Shown here piece after piece: positions 19,301 through 28,718 of a stretch of 64,000 nt of DNA (the first letter of the stretch is position 1; each line of letters opens with the position of its first letter). Where the stretch lies: IMG/VR virus record IMGVR_UViG_2724679363_000011, positions 1 to 64,000 of that record; one strand, written 5' to 3'. Source of the DNA: a virus (Duplodnaviria > Caudoviricetes). The notes beneath the pieces are model-generated. The model was not told the origin of the DNA and did no database searches. It worked only from the letters and a program-made list of their open reading frames with translations. The translations under genes and the position numbers were made by a program.

Positions 19301-19675
19301 TTCGGATTGGCGGCGATGACCGCGGCAATACCGGCAATGATTGGGCTTTTCGGAGGTGCTCGTAAGAACGGCGGCCCGGTATCAGCAGGTTCAATGTATC
19401 GAGTCGGTGAGGGCGGTGCACCTGAGATATACCAGGCTGGAACCGGCAAGCAATACATGATCCCCGGCGATAATGGAAAGGTCATCAGCAATAAGGATAT
19501 GCAGGGAGGGAGTGGTGGGGCTGGTACAGTTGTCCAGCAGGAAGTTCATTTCAACATTCAAACTACAAACGGCATTGATGACGCCACAATGCAGAAAATG
19601 GCTGCAATGATGAAGACAGTTAGCCTTAACACCATTAAAGACCAGCAGCGCCCTAACGGGCTTCTTCGCAAGTAG
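16310..19675 (+). CDS. Tail tape measure protein
   Basis: ~1120 aa Ala-rich helical protein; QLSQALASGVLRGQEFNS and GGPV...Y.VGE.G.PE motifs. Confidence 0.95.
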   Translation: MAGEQQLGNIVYQVEMELGKLITSQQQVNSRLDQMEGKFDSTTKSVDRAEKSMFSLSKVAGALTTALSVQQVASYAEAWTVLNNKLVNSIKTGETLADVNQRVFDIAQESRSSLDGIATLYSRMERAMRDAGVSGKELGQITTTISKAMTISGATAAESEGALVQLSQALASGVLRGQEFNSMSEQAPALMKGLSDSLGVSIGQLRAMAAEGKLTTDVLLKAFRDMAPTVEKEFANTMMTMSQSMTIASNNITQFVGSSTTVKSSVSAFNGVVVSLSENLDAMSLIIGIVATVVGSRYVGALTLASAAQVQKASSARQAALADNLSAQAAANQSAANLIAAQSAKARAIEEITLAQMQKASAFNATNSTAAEVRLSAARLEAATATGNYNRALAANVLAQKQAAAAASAASISGGLLRGALSLVGGPVGAATLAAGAIFYFYQKAQEAKKEANELADGVSALVGKMKEMSNVQLGAEIAKLNSSMPILNKSLAEAQEAYDNAAYSVSNYTKVIKDYGLNTTTGRQAAEALTSAQDRLAIAANELSISQNRVDKTQSAVNIGHATLNGTLLQGIDLLKRDGQEAGVVAGMMNKLGQAINVASGAKERFNSTSLSIQRDPKAQKVLDDLYQQNELLAETDLRKRAQLKTEQELRAINADDNTIRIGREQAGVAYDKQAAQAALKKETAAATKEETAAEAAEKRRVKSLQDLSNEMAVAELQAKGLSKEAAQLAAVQELGAGASPKQVEAARKQAGQIFEIERQKKDRSAALALETNTNLTRIRDEDLAQAKRQLDLKLIDENMYQQRRLEINGAYASKIAEVNAKSVVTPQQENLAKIDPIQALANEHAQKLALIQQFETQKGVITANGLALMNAANTQYEQARLDAQWEIWRNQSQSNQYLASSVDALGQRTTNMLTGLLTGTQSAEEAMKNLAATIIQEGVSALVQMGMQQVKNMAMGQVANTTAVTSAAATGASITASMAPAAAATSVATMGTAATFGLAAMTAAIPAMIGLFGGARKNGGPVSAGSMYRVGEGGAPEIYQAGTGKQYMIPGDNGKVISNKDMQGGSGGAGTVVQQEVHFNIQTTNGIDDATMQKMAAMMKTVSLNTIKDQQRPNGLLRK

Positions 19676-19684
19676 GAATACCCC

Positions 19685-20035
19685 ATGCCAGAAACATTCA
19701 CATGGAGCCCACAAAAAGGCTTCACGACTTCCCGCGCGCCAAATGTAGCAGTCGTTAAACTTGGCGATGGTTACGAACAACGGCAGATCAAAGGTATTAA
19801 CCCGCTGATGGATAGCTATTCCCTGACGTTTATGGGAACTGACGGGCGATGCAATAAACCGAATGTAGCAAAGCAAGCAGAAGCATTCATTAAGGCGAAA
19901 ATGGCGGTTGAATCGTTCTATTGGACACCATTAGATACCGGAGTCCGGGCGCTTTATGTTTGCCGTTCGTGGTCAATGAAAAAGACCGGCCCAGTATTTG
20001 AATTGTCATGCACGTTTGAGCAAGTACCACGTTAA
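19685..20035 (+). CDS. M: Minor tail protein (lambda gpM-like)
   Basis: KLGDGYEQR...GIN and SFYWTP motifs. Confidence 0.88.
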   Translation: MPETFTWSPQKGFTTSRAPNVAVVKLGDGYEQRQIKGINPLMDSYSLTFMGTDGRCNKPNVAKQAEAFIKAKMAVESFYWTPLDTGVRALYVCRSWSMKKTGPVFELSCTFEQVPR

Positions 20036-20061
20036 TTAACGCCGAAAGGCAGGAGTGAGTT

Positions 20062-20301
20062 ATGACTTTAGAACAGCGTTTAGCAGTAGTAGAAGCAGAA
20101 CTGGAACAAATTAAAAATCAGCAGAAAGGTCGTAAAGATATCGTGGAGATGATGAATAAAACAATCACGGAGAATATTAAAAAGCAGTGCCGTCCTGGTG
20201 GTTTACTTTATCGGTCTGAGCGTCGAGAAAACGCGGCCATATCTCAGGCCGCATCAAATATTATTGAGAATGCACTCTTAATGCAGCCTCTGACATCTTG
20301 A
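20062..20301 (+). CDS. Hypothetical protein
   Basis: MTLEQRLAVVE...RPGGLLY; AGGAG SD. Confidence 0.6.
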   Translation: MTLEQRLAVVEAELEQIKNQQKGRKDIVEMMNKTITENIKKQCRPGGLLYRSERRENAAISQAASNIIENALLMQPLTS

Positions 20302-20494
20302 TAGCCATTTCTTTAGATAGTTTTAGTTGCTCAGATATGTGAGGGTGAGTATTCGAATTTTCAATATCATCCCAAAGCTTTGTTAAATAGGAATGAAATT
20401 CCTTGAGTTGACTTTCATTTGTAGTAGCTAGCAGTGAGCGAATAACTGACTCCAAGGCACTTAACTGCACGACAATACTATTTGGCTTTTCCAT
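20261..20494 (-). CDS. Antisense moron, 77-aa helical hypothetical protein
   Basis: ATG at 20494 with AAGGA SD; AT-rich; structured leader upstream. Confidence 0.6.
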   Translation of the reverse strand: MEKPNSIVVQLSALESVIRSLLATTNESQLKEFHSYLTKLWDDIENSNTHPHISEQLKLSKEMAIKMSEAALRVHSQ

Positions 20495-20666
20495 TTTTAT
20501 CCTTATCCCAGAGTAAATCAGCCATTCCTCCGATAGATAACACTCAAGCCGCGCATGGCTAGGGTGGGCTGACCTTACACAATAGAAGATCAGCCGGTAA
20601 TCGCCATTGAGTTGATCAATAAACACGCCAATGCCCACATTTAGTGGGCTTTTTTATAGGTGAAAT

Positions 20667-21371
20667 ATGAGAGATATACCAGCAGAACTCATTATTGCGA
20701 GCGTTGATGCTGGCGTTGGCGCAATGATTGACCTGTTCGAGGTTGATTTGCAGTCATTTGGCGGTGATGTTATCCGTTTTCACTCTGGAACCAACGGTTA
20801 TTACGGTGATGTTATCTGGAAAGGGCAGCAATATTCGGCTTATCCAATAGCGGTTGAAGGGTTTGAAGTTAAGTCAGAAGGGACTTACTCGCGGCCAACA
20901 ATGAAGGTTGCCAACATCACAGGCCTAATCACCGGTATTAACAGCGACTTTGATGATGCACTGGGTGCGGTCGTAACGCGGCGGCAGGTTCTGGTTAAAA
21001 ATCTCGATGCGGTTAATTTCCCTGGTGGCAATCCAGATGCGGACACCACAATGGAAGCTGTTTCCCGCTACGTGATTGAAGAAATGGTTGAGGAAACTTT
21101 CGAGACAGTGACTTACAACCTTGCCACTCCGGTTGACTGCGATAATGCCATTATACCCGCGCGAACCATTCTGGCTGACGTTTGCCAGTGGATATATCGC
21201 GGTGATGGCTGTGGATACTCTGGGCCGCCTGTTGCTGATGATAAAGATAATCCTACATCTGACCCATCAAAAGATAAGTGCTCCAAACATCCATCGGGGT
21301 GCCGTTTTCGCCATCCAAAACCTTCACCGCTACCAATAGGCTGCTTCCCCGGATCAGCTAAGGTGTCATGA
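20667..21371 (+). CDS. L: Minor tail protein L
   Basis: WKGQQYSAYPI...RPTMKVAN; C-terminal Cys cluster CQWIYRGDGCGY...DKCSKHPSGC. Confidence 0.93.
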   Translation: MRDIPAELIIASVDAGVGAMIDLFEVDLQSFGGDVIRFHSGTNGYYGDVIWKGQQYSAYPIAVEGFEVKSEGTYSRPTMKVANITGLITGINSDFDDALGAVVTRRQVLVKNLDAVNFPGGNPDADTTMEAVSRYVIEEMVEETFETVTYNLATPVDCDNAIIPARTILADVCQWIYRGDGCGYSGPPVADDKDNPTSDPSKDKCSKHPSGCRFRHPKPSPLPIGCFPGSAKVS

Positions 21372-22096
21372 TGCTTGAGAATGAATGCCTTGAGTTCGCG
21401 GCCTCGTCTGGTGATGAGGTTTGCGGCCTGATAGTTGATGGAAGGAGTCTGGTTAGGTGTAGGAATAGCCATCCGACACCTGAGCGACATTTCAGGATAA
21501 GCGATGATGATTGGTTGAATGCTGAGGCGGCGGGAGAGATCACCGCCGTTTTTCATTCTCACCCAGAGCTAAAACTTGTGCTGTCTGGCGCAGACCGAAC
21601 CGGCCAACTGGCAACCGGTATCGATTGGTGGCTAGCGAGCGGTGGGAAGATACGGAAATTTAGGCCAGTGGCGCATTTGCTGGGACGGACTTTTATTCAT
21701 GGGGTCGTGGATTGCTACACGCTATTTCGTGACGCCTATCACCTGTGCGGCATCGACTTACCTGATTTTGAACGTACTAACGGTTGGTGGCTTAGAGGCG
21801 AAAACCTTTACTTGAAAAACATGCCGGCCAATAGATTTCATCCGATTGAGATGCAATACATTCAGCCGGGTGATGTGCTTATCCGTCGCGCATTTCCTGA
21901 AACCGACCCTTGCCACGCCATGATTTACCTCGGTGATAACACCATCCTTCATCATGAAAATATCGGACGCCTAAGCCGTCGAGAACAGCTACGACCAGCT
22001 TATCTGCGCCTTACTCATTCAATCTGGAGACATGAACAATGCTCATCTTTAGATTTGCGGGGAATCTTCGACGACATTTCCGTCAGATCACTTTAA
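21368..22096 (+). CDS. K: Tail assembly protein K (JAB plus NlpC/P60)
   Basis: EVCG...FHSHP...SGAD and DCYTLFRDAY motifs. Confidence 0.92.
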   Translation: MMLENECLEFAASSGDEVCGLIVDGRSLVRCRNSHPTPERHFRISDDDWLNAEAAGEITAVFHSHPELKLVLSGADRTGQLATGIDWWLASGGKIRKFRPVAHLLGRTFIHGVVDCYTLFRDAYHLCGIDLPDFERTNGWWLRGENLYLKNMPANRFHPIEMQYIQPGDVLIRRAFPETDPCHAMIYLGDNTILHHENIGRLSRREQLRPAYLRLTHSIWRHEQCSSLDLRGIFDDISVRSL

Positions 22097-22566
22097 AGGT
22101 TGATACCCCCTCGCAGGGATTACGCCTTCTTCTTGCCCAATGCCCTGAATTCAAACGTGACTTCTATAAATCAAAAATTCGAATGCGGGTTGACGGCAAT
22201 GACGTTTCCAATGACACGCTTAATTTTCACATGGATCGGCACTTAAGGGATGGCGCGACAGTCTTGTTTGTCCCTGTTGTTGAGGGGGCAATAACAGCCG
22301 TGGCTGCTGCGTGGATCATGGTCGCTGTTACCGTGGCCTCTGTGGCCTATTCGCTCTATATGACTTCGAACATGAAAACCAAGACGTCTGCCGAGTCTGC
22401 ACAAAACGGCACGATAACGAATAACTCATTCACCAGCGCTGAGAACAAAGTTGGACAGGGGCGGCCTGTTCCATTGCTGTTGGGCGAAATGGTTGTTGGG
22501 TCGAACGTTGGTTCGCTCGGCATTGATACCAGCAATAACAAAGACTGGAACATCTCTATTAGCTAA
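22039..22566 (+). CDS. I: Tail assembly protein I
   Basis: Ubiquitin-like N-terminus; QGRPVPLLLGEMVVGS. Confidence 0.9.
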   Translation: MLIFRFAGNLRRHFRQITLKVDTPSQGLRLLLAQCPEFKRDFYKSKIRMRVDGNDVSNDTLNFHMDRHLRDGATVLFVPVVEGAITAVAAAWIMVAVTVASVAYSLYMTSNMKTKTSAESAQNGTITNNSFTSAENKVGQGRPVPLLLGEMVVGSNVGSLGIDTSNNKDWNISIS

Positions 22567-22575
22567 GGTGAAAAT

Positions 22576-25500
22576 ATGAGTTCAGGCGGCGGTGGCGGAA
22601 GTACGCCAACACTAGTTAATGACAACCTCACGTCAAAGCAGTTCTATCGCGTTCTGGATATTATTTCTGAGGGGCCGATTTACGGTCCGGTGGATCAAGA
22701 GCACCTTTCCTCCTTCAGACTAAATAAAACGCCAATTACCAATAACACCGGTGTAGTCAGCGTTCCTGGGGTGAGTGTTGCTTGGCGACCTGGATCAGCG
22801 ACACAACTTCCTATCAATGGCTTTTCAGCTATTGAGTCCACCACTATCGTTAATACAGACGTGACACAGGCTACCCCACTAGTGCGCACGGTGACTGACA
22901 ATAACGTGACTCGCGTCCGGCTTAATGTGGGCGTTAATGCTTTGGTGGAACAGGATACGCAGGGTAATCAAAAAAACACCTCAGTAACGATGATTATTGA
23001 GACAAGGATTGGCAATGGTGCATTTACTCCGGCAAGAACGGTAACAATAACGGGTAAGATTTCAGGCGAATATCTAGAAGCTCATGTTATTGATGCCCCA
23101 GAGACCAAGCCATTTGATATCCGCGTGCGCCGCGTTACTCCAGATAGCACAAGTGACCTTCTAAATAATGGCACGATGTGGAATAGCTACACTGAAATCA
23201 TTGATGATAATCTTTCTTACCCATACACCGCTGTTTGTGGCGCCGTAATCGACCGAGATCAGTACACCGACACACCAAATCGAACTTCTCATTTAAGAGG
23301 CATAATTGTTGATGTCCCCGACAATTACGACCCGATAACCCGCACATATACCGGGCTTTGGTTAGGTGGTTTCAAATCAGCATGGACCAATAACCCTGCG
23401 TGGATATTCCGTATGTTGGTTAAAAATACGCGCTATGGGCTGGCTCGTCGCGCTGGGTACATCGATGCTGATGACGGCAGTCTGTATGTATTATCCCAAT
23501 TTTGTGATCAAAAAGTTGAAGATGGTTTCGGTGGCGAAGAACCGCGTTTTACCTTGAACGCATATATCACCGAGCAGAAAAGTGCGCGTGAGCTACTTGA
23601 TGATATTGCAGGCATGTTCCGCGGCATCGCCTTATGGGATGGCATGCGCTTTTCCATCATGATAGACCGACCACAAGATCCGGTAGCCGTTGTAACGAAT
23701 GCCAGCGTCGTTGATGGGCTATTCACTTATAGCGCAATGAAGCGGTCAGAGCGTTACAACGCGGTTGTCGTGTCATGGACTGACCCAAATAACGGCTGGG
23801 AGCAAGTGAAGGAATACTACTCTGATGATGAGATGATCAGCAGCAGTGGGGCATACAACGAGACCACAATTGAAGCCTTTGGCTGTACATCACGCGGTCA
23901 GGCCCGTAGGACGGCAAGATGGCTAGTTGAAAGCGCCAAGCTTGAAAAGGACAAAGTAACGTTTCGTATGGCGCGGGATGCTATCGGTTTCATCCCAGGC
24001 GACATCATTGAGTTAATGGATAACAACAGAGCAGCAACCAGGCTCGGCGGTCGAATCGTTAGCCACAGCGGTGTGGTGATCAATGTTGACGCAGATGTGT
24101 CGGCATTGGCCGGAAATGGTGACTCCATGTCTATCATGGGCGCTAACGCGAAATTCACTAAGTATGAAATTTCCTCAGTTAATGGTTCAGCTATCACGCT
24201 GAAAGTAGCTCCAGCATGGGTTAGAGATGGCACTACGTTTGCAATTTCAACCAGTGAAGTATCTACGCGGTTGTTTCGCATAATGGGTGTTTCTGAAGAT
24301 GAAAATAGCTCTATCTACAGCATATCTGCAACGTTGCATAACCCCAACAAGCAAGCCATCGTTGACGAAGGAGCCGTTTTTGATGTCCCTTCCGATACAC
24401 TAAATGGCTATCGCGTTCCAAATATCGAGAACCTTCGGATAATCAATACAAACAGTGAAACTGTTCAAGTAAGCGCTTCGTGGGAGACAGCCACTACAAC
24501 CAGAAAGCTTGTGTTTGAGTTGTTGGTTTATACCCTGGATGGAAAAGTTTTCGCGCAGTACGAAACAGATCAGTTCCGCTATGACTTCTTTGGCATTCCG
24601 GCAGGGATGTATTCTCTTGGGGTTCGTGGGCGTAATGATAACGGCATGAAGGGGGCTGAAACACAGGTTAGCTTGCTCATTGGCGCTCCACCAATGCCGT
24701 CATCAGTTCGATGGACGCCAGGCATATTCTCTGCGGATGTCGTGCCAGTAATGAACATTACAGCAACAACAGACACCACATTTGAGTTTTGGTGGGCAGG
24801 AGAAATACCAGCATCTAGCCTGGCAAACATTGAGAATGAAGCTCAATTTTTAGGGCGATCAACTCAATGGACGCTGAACGGACTCAAGGTTGATGCAACT
24901 TATTACGCTTATGTCAGGACGCGCAACGCATTTGGTGCTTCTGATTTTATTGAGGTTTCAGGAAAGGCATCATCAGATGTCGGGTCACTTATTGGCTTCA
25001 TTGGCGATGATTTCATTAATAACACCATGGCAGGACAGCAACTGCTCAACAATGATTTCATGAACGCCGAAGGTATTCTTGAAACGGCAAACGCTAATAA
25101 CTCCAGCATTCGCCAGCAATGGGCGCAATATGGAGAGAATAAAGCGGGGATTGTCGAGTTGTGGACCACTCAGGCCGATGCAGCCAGAGCATTTGCTGAG
25201 TATCAGCTATTAGTTACCGCAACGTTTGAAGGACAGACAGCAGCTATTGACCAAAAAATGACATCAGTAGTCGATGCTGATGGCGCAAGTGCAACATACA
25301 GCTTAAGGGCGGGATTGAATTATAACGGCCAGTTTGTCAGCGCTGGAATGGTAATTGGTGCCGAGTTTATTAATGGAGTAGCTAAAGCCTCAATTGGATT
25401 TAATGCTGATAGTTTCATTTTATTAAGCGGACCAGAGGGAAATAAATTCTCTCCATGGGCTGTGGTTAATGGACAAACATTTATTAATGATGCCTTTATT

Positions 25501-26076
25501 CAAGACGGCTCAGTGACTAATTTAAAAATTGGACAATATATTATGTCCAATGATTATGTTATGGGAATGCTGGGTTGGAAAATAGATAAAGATGGTAATG
25601 CTGAATTTAATGACGTCACTGTCCGCGGTACCGTTTATGCCACCGCGGGCACTTTTAGTGGTAGAATAGAAAGTAATGATGGATATTTTAAAGGTGATGT
25701 TTATGTAGAAAGATTACAAGGTGATGTTTCTAAAACATATGCAGTAGCGGCAAATTCAGTTTTAACTATTTCAGCACAACCGTTTACAAGAACATTAGCA
25801 ATTCCAATAATTGCATCATGGGCAAGTTCAACATCTACCCAAACGTCCAATAGTGCAAATTCTGTAATTACTTTATATGTAAACGGAGCTCTTAAATATA
25901 ACTGGACAACACAATCATCGAATGGCTCTGCAACAGAGTATCGAGCTACGTCACATTTACAGACAATACCAGCAGGTCAAACTACTACAATAGACTACAG
26001 AGCTAGTGCTAACCTTTCTGGTGCTTCGAACTCTGGTTATTTGTCTGCAATCATTGTTATAGCAAGTAAGGTATAA
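22576..26076 (+). CDS. J: Central tail fibre/host specificity protein J
   Basis: ISEGPIYG, AWTNNPAWI, GCTSRGQARR motifs; AT-rich divergent C-terminal ~200 aa. Confidence 0.95.
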   Translation: MSSGGGGGSTPTLVNDNLTSKQFYRVLDIISEGPIYGPVDQEHLSSFRLNKTPITNNTGVVSVPGVSVAWRPGSATQLPINGFSAIESTTIVNTDVTQATPLVRTVTDNNVTRVRLNVGVNALVEQDTQGNQKNTSVTMIIETRIGNGAFTPARTVTITGKISGEYLEAHVIDAPETKPFDIRVRRVTPDSTSDLLNNGTMWNSYTEIIDDNLSYPYTAVCGAVIDRDQYTDTPNRTSHLRGIIVDVPDNYDPITRTYTGLWLGGFKSAWTNNPAWIFRMLVKNTRYGLARRAGYIDADDGSLYVLSQFCDQKVEDGFGGEEPRFTLNAYITEQKSARELLDDIAGMFRGIALWDGMRFSIMIDRPQDPVAVVTNASVVDGLFTYSAMKRSERYNAVVVSWTDPNNGWEQVKEYYSDDEMISSSGAYNETTIEAFGCTSRGQARRTARWLVESAKLEKDKVTFRMARDAIGFIPGDIIELMDNNRAATRLGGRIVSHSGVVINVDADVSALAGNGDSMSIMGANAKFTKYEISSVNGSAITLKVAPAWVRDGTTFAISTSEVSTRLFRIMGVSEDENSSIYSISATLHNPNKQAIVDEGAVFDVPSDTLNGYRVPNIENLRIINTNSETVQVSASWETATTTRKLVFELLVYTLDGKVFAQYETDQFRYDFFGIPAGMYSLGVRGRNDNGMKGAETQVSLLIGAPPMPSSVRWTPGIFSADVVPVMNITATTDTTFEFWWAGEIPASSLANIENEAQFLGRSTQWTLNGLKVDATYYAYVRTRNAFGASDFIEVSGKASSDVGSLIGFIGDDFINNTMAGQQLLNNDFMNAEGILETANANNSSIRQQWAQYGENKAGIVELWTTQADAARAFAEYQLLVTATFEGQTAAIDQKMTSVVDADGASATYSLRAGLNYNGQFVSAGMVIGAEFINGVAKASIGFNADSFILLSGPEGNKFSPWAVVNGQTFINDAFIQDGSVTNLKIGQYIMSNDYVMGMLGWKIDKDGNAEFNDVTVRGTVYATAGTFSGRIESNDGYFKGDVYVERLQGDVSKTYAVAANSVLTISAQPFTRTLAIPIIASWASSTSTQTSNSANSVITLYVNGALKYNWTTQSSNGSATEYRATSHLQTIPAGQTTTIDYRASANLSGASNSGYLSAIIVIASKV

Positions 26077-26077
26077 T

Positions 26078-26236
26078 ATGAAATATATTTTAATAGCTCT
26101 AATCGCAATCGTTGTTTCAGGATGTGCTCAAAAAGAATGTAATAGTTATGTATGTAAACCCACTTTCTGTTATCAGTTAGATGCTGTGGACCAGCAGCCA
26201 GGTAAAAACTGTATCGGTTCTGGTGCAACTAATTAA
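26078..26236 (+). CDS. 52-aa lipoprotein (Cor-like position; not in ORF track)
   Basis: MKYILIALIAIVVSG-CAQKECNSYVCKPTFCYQLDAVDQQPGKNCIGSGATN; lipobox VSGC; TAAGGT SD; ATG 1 nt after J stop. Confidence 0.75.
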   Translation: MKYILIALIAIVVSGCAQKECNSYVCKPTFCYQLDAVDQQPGKNCIGSGATN

Positions 26237-26285
26237 TATAGGATAAGCGGCCATTTAGCAGATGGCCGCTTAACAGGAGTCTCTC

Positions 26286-26882
26286 ATGGCTAACGGCACA
26301 GTAGCAGTTACAAATGGTTCCGACGTATTATTAGGTACAGGAACCACTTTTACAACCGATGTTATTATCGGTGATTTACTTACGTTTAAAATTCAAGAAG
26401 TTGTTTATACAGTTACGGTCATTTCAATTGTTTCTAATACTGAAATAAAAATGATACGAAACTTTGACGGCCCAACTATGGCAGGACTGCCATGGCGACC
26501 TTTCCCTGCTCAAATGATTATGGAGATTTCTGCTCAGTTAAATATTGATGTTCAATATTTAATGCGTGGGTTTATTCTTGATAAGCAAAACTGGCAACAA
26601 CTTTTAACTGTTGACGCAGATGTTACCGTTCGACTACCTGATGGTTCAAGCTATACCGGAATAGCTCGCCCAATGATACCACTGCCCAGCGCTGGCGGAC
26701 TTCCTGCGGGCAATGTGCAGAGTGGAAATTACAGGGCGTGGTACAGGTCCGCAATGAGGATGTCTGGTTCAAGCATAACCGCTGGCGCTGGAGCGTATGT
26801 AAACAGCTCTAACACAATTGATGCGCCCAGCGGAATATGCCCTATAAGGCTGCCGGTTTTAGACGCCAACTCTTACTTTTAA
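26286..26882 (+). CDS. Truncated or chimeric tail-fibre-like protein
   Basis: N-terminal ~125 aa resemble the next gene's attachment region (NWQQLLT..VTVRLPDGS vs DWQDITT..VTIIAPDGS); unrelated C-terminus. Confidence 0.6.
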   Translation: MANGTVAVTNGSDVLLGTGTTFTTDVIIGDLLTFKIQEVVYTVTVISIVSNTEIKMIRNFDGPTMAGLPWRPFPAQMIMEISAQLNIDVQYLMRGFILDKQNWQQLLTVDADVTVRLPDGSSYTGIARPMIPLPSAGGLPAGNVQSGNYRAWYRSAMRMSGSSITAGAGAYVNSSNTIDAPSGICPIRLPVLDANSYF

Positions 26883-26901
26883 ACTGATTTAGGAAAATAT
26901 T

Positions 26902-28140
26902 ATGGCTTGGTACAGGTCAGGTACAGTCACGTCCGTAGCTGGGACAAATGTGATTACCGGAACAGGTACGCTATGGAATAATCCAATATTTGGCATTGCT
27001 TCGGGACAAATGATTTTTGTCCCCGGTGCGGGGCAGGTTGTTATATATGAAATACTTTCTGTCGATAGCGATACTAAAATCCGCATAACCCGAAATATAG
27101 CATCACCAATTGATAACTCCGAATATGCAATTGTTACGACTGTATCAAACTCAATGTCTGACTTGGCGCGTAGAACAGCCGTGCAATTGGCTTTATATCA
27201 GAAGTTATTAGAAGACTGGCAGGATATAACCACTGGTACAGGCGATGTCACCATTATTGCGCCAGATGGTTCCGCTGTGGTTATTCCATCTTTGAGCGAT
27301 CTGACTGCATGGGTTAATGACTCGAAAACGTGGTTTGATGATAACAGGGAGCTGATAGATAACGCCGGAGAGGCGGTGGCTGGGGCGGAAACGGCAAAGA
27401 CAGCGGCCCAGTCAGCAGAAACGGCAGCGGAAGGTTCTGCAACATCGGCTTCTGGTTCCGCTACGACAGCCAGCGATGCTGCTGCGGCGGCGACAGATTC
27501 GGCATCGATTGCATCTGAGGCTGCAACAATAGCTACGCAAAGCAAAGATGGGGCAGTTACTGCCAGAGATGAAGCGGAACAATTTGCCGCAAGCGTCAAT
27601 CCTGATTTACTTATGCATACCACTGGCGGCACATTTACAGGGCCGGTCATACTAGCCAATGACGCCACTGACCCGAAAGGAGCAGTCACTAAGCAACAGT
27701 TGGATGCGGCCATCAATGAAGGGCAAATAAATGCATTGGAGTTAGCAACTGAAATAACATTGTTGGCCACTCGAGTCACAACATTAGAGGCGCATAACCA
27801 ATATATTGTTTTGTACCCAGACGGAACACAAGCCGCCCCATATGTATACCCCGTAAATACTAGAAAAGAATATGTAAACCCGTTCCCGGGTAGAGCAATA
27901 TGCGTGGAAGCACAGGTTCTTATAAATGGTATCTGGGGTAAAACTGGGTGGGCATATGCCAGTGCGGAGAGTGCTGGTACGGGACTAAGTGCCAGCCAGA
28001 TAAATGGGACGGGAAATATTATTGTTCAATCGGGTAGCTATGCCGCATCGCTTCGGTCAAATCAGTCTGGCAATCCCCATAATACTACTGCAACTACACC
28101 TACAGCGCCTTTTAGGCTTGTTGTATCAACTAAGGATTAA
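26902..28140 (+). CDS. Side tail fibre protein
   Basis: MAWYRSGTV...GTGTLW N-terminus, Ala/Ser/Thr-rich shaft, GGTFTG and AVTKQQLD knots. Confidence 0.88.
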   Translation: MAWYRSGTVTSVAGTNVITGTGTLWNNPIFGIASGQMIFVPGAGQVVIYEILSVDSDTKIRITRNIASPIDNSEYAIVTTVSNSMSDLARRTAVQLALYQKLLEDWQDITTGTGDVTIIAPDGSAVVIPSLSDLTAWVNDSKTWFDDNRELIDNAGEAVAGAETAKTAAQSAETAAEGSATSASGSATTASDAAAAATDSASIASEAATIATQSKDGAVTARDEAEQFAASVNPDLLMHTTGGTFTGPVILANDATDPKGAVTKQQLDAAINEGQINALELATEITLLATRVTTLEAHNQYIVLYPDGTQAAPYVYPVNTRKEYVNPFPGRAICVEAQVLINGIWGKTGWAYASAESAGTGLSASQINGTGNIIVQSGSYAASLRSNQSGNPHNTTATTPTAPFRLVVSTKD

Positions 28141-28142
28141 TT

Positions 28143-28517
28143 ATGAGTATTGTGTTGGGATTTATTGGGACAAATGGCATGTGGTTACCTCTTGAGCTTC
28201 CCAATCCTATCCCCGACGGTTGGGTAGTAATGGTAGACGGGGAACGCCCTAACGATAAGTGTTACGCTAATTCAGCGGGTAAATGGGTGATGGGACTATC
28301 CCCAGATCAAAAAGAAGAAGCGATTAAGAGTGCCGAACAAACTAAGACAATACTAATTTCGGTAGCCAGTAATAAAATATCGACGTTAAAAGATAGAATC
28401 GAAGCAGGGCAAGATCGGGACGCGGAGTTAAAGTTATGGAAAGCATATCGGATAGCTCTGGATGATATTGATACTTCTCTAGCGCCGGATATCGAGTGGC
28501 CTGTATCGCCGGAGTGA
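28143..28517 (+). CDS. tfa: Tail fibre assembly chaperone
   Basis: LKLWKAYRIALDDID...DIEWPVSP signature. Confidence 0.9.
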   Translation: MSIVLGFIGTNGMWLPLELPNPIPDGWVVMVDGERPNDKCYANSAGKWVMGLSPDQKEEAIKSAEQTKTILISVASNKISTLKDRIEAGQDRDAELKLWKAYRIALDDIDTSLAPDIEWPVSPE

Positions 28518-28673
28518 TGAGTGGGCAGGGATGCCTATTGAGGTGGGGTGACATATTAGTGACGCATCTATAGTGTCGAAGAAGTGTCACTGGTATGTCA
28601 CTGTTAGCCATAATGTCGCTTGTGAATGCAAATTAGGCCAGTATTTACAATGAGTTATATATACTACGACGTT

Positions 28674-28718
28674 CTTCTAAGCCGTAGGTCACAGGTTCGA
28701 GCCCTGTAGGGCGTACCA
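28674..28718 (+). other. att core: 3' fragment of tRNA-Arg(UCU), from anticodon loop to CCA
   Basis: CTTCTAAGCCGTAGGTCACAGGTTCGAGCCCTGTAGGGCGTACCA contains anticodon loop, T arm and CCA, with no D arm or 5' acceptor strand upstream. Confidence 0.9.

Larger units (their letters stand above)
1..28718 (+). mobile_element. Lambdoid siphovirus prophage 1, late region (Q to tail fibre), ending at a tRNA-Arg-derived att site
   Basis: Canonical co-oriented gene order Q-lysis-terminase-portal-head-tail-fibre, then a 3' tRNA fragment; early genes lie upstream of the window. Confidence 0.95.

Noticed and set aside
26739-26918. TGGTACAGGTC repeated near 26739 and 26908 as an invertase or shufflon site
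   Set aside because: Direct orientation, only 11 bp, and no invertase nearby
28674-28718. Complete tRNA gene
   Set aside because: Only the anticodon loop to CCA is present; upstream sequence cannot form the D arm or acceptor stem, so it is treated as an att duplicate
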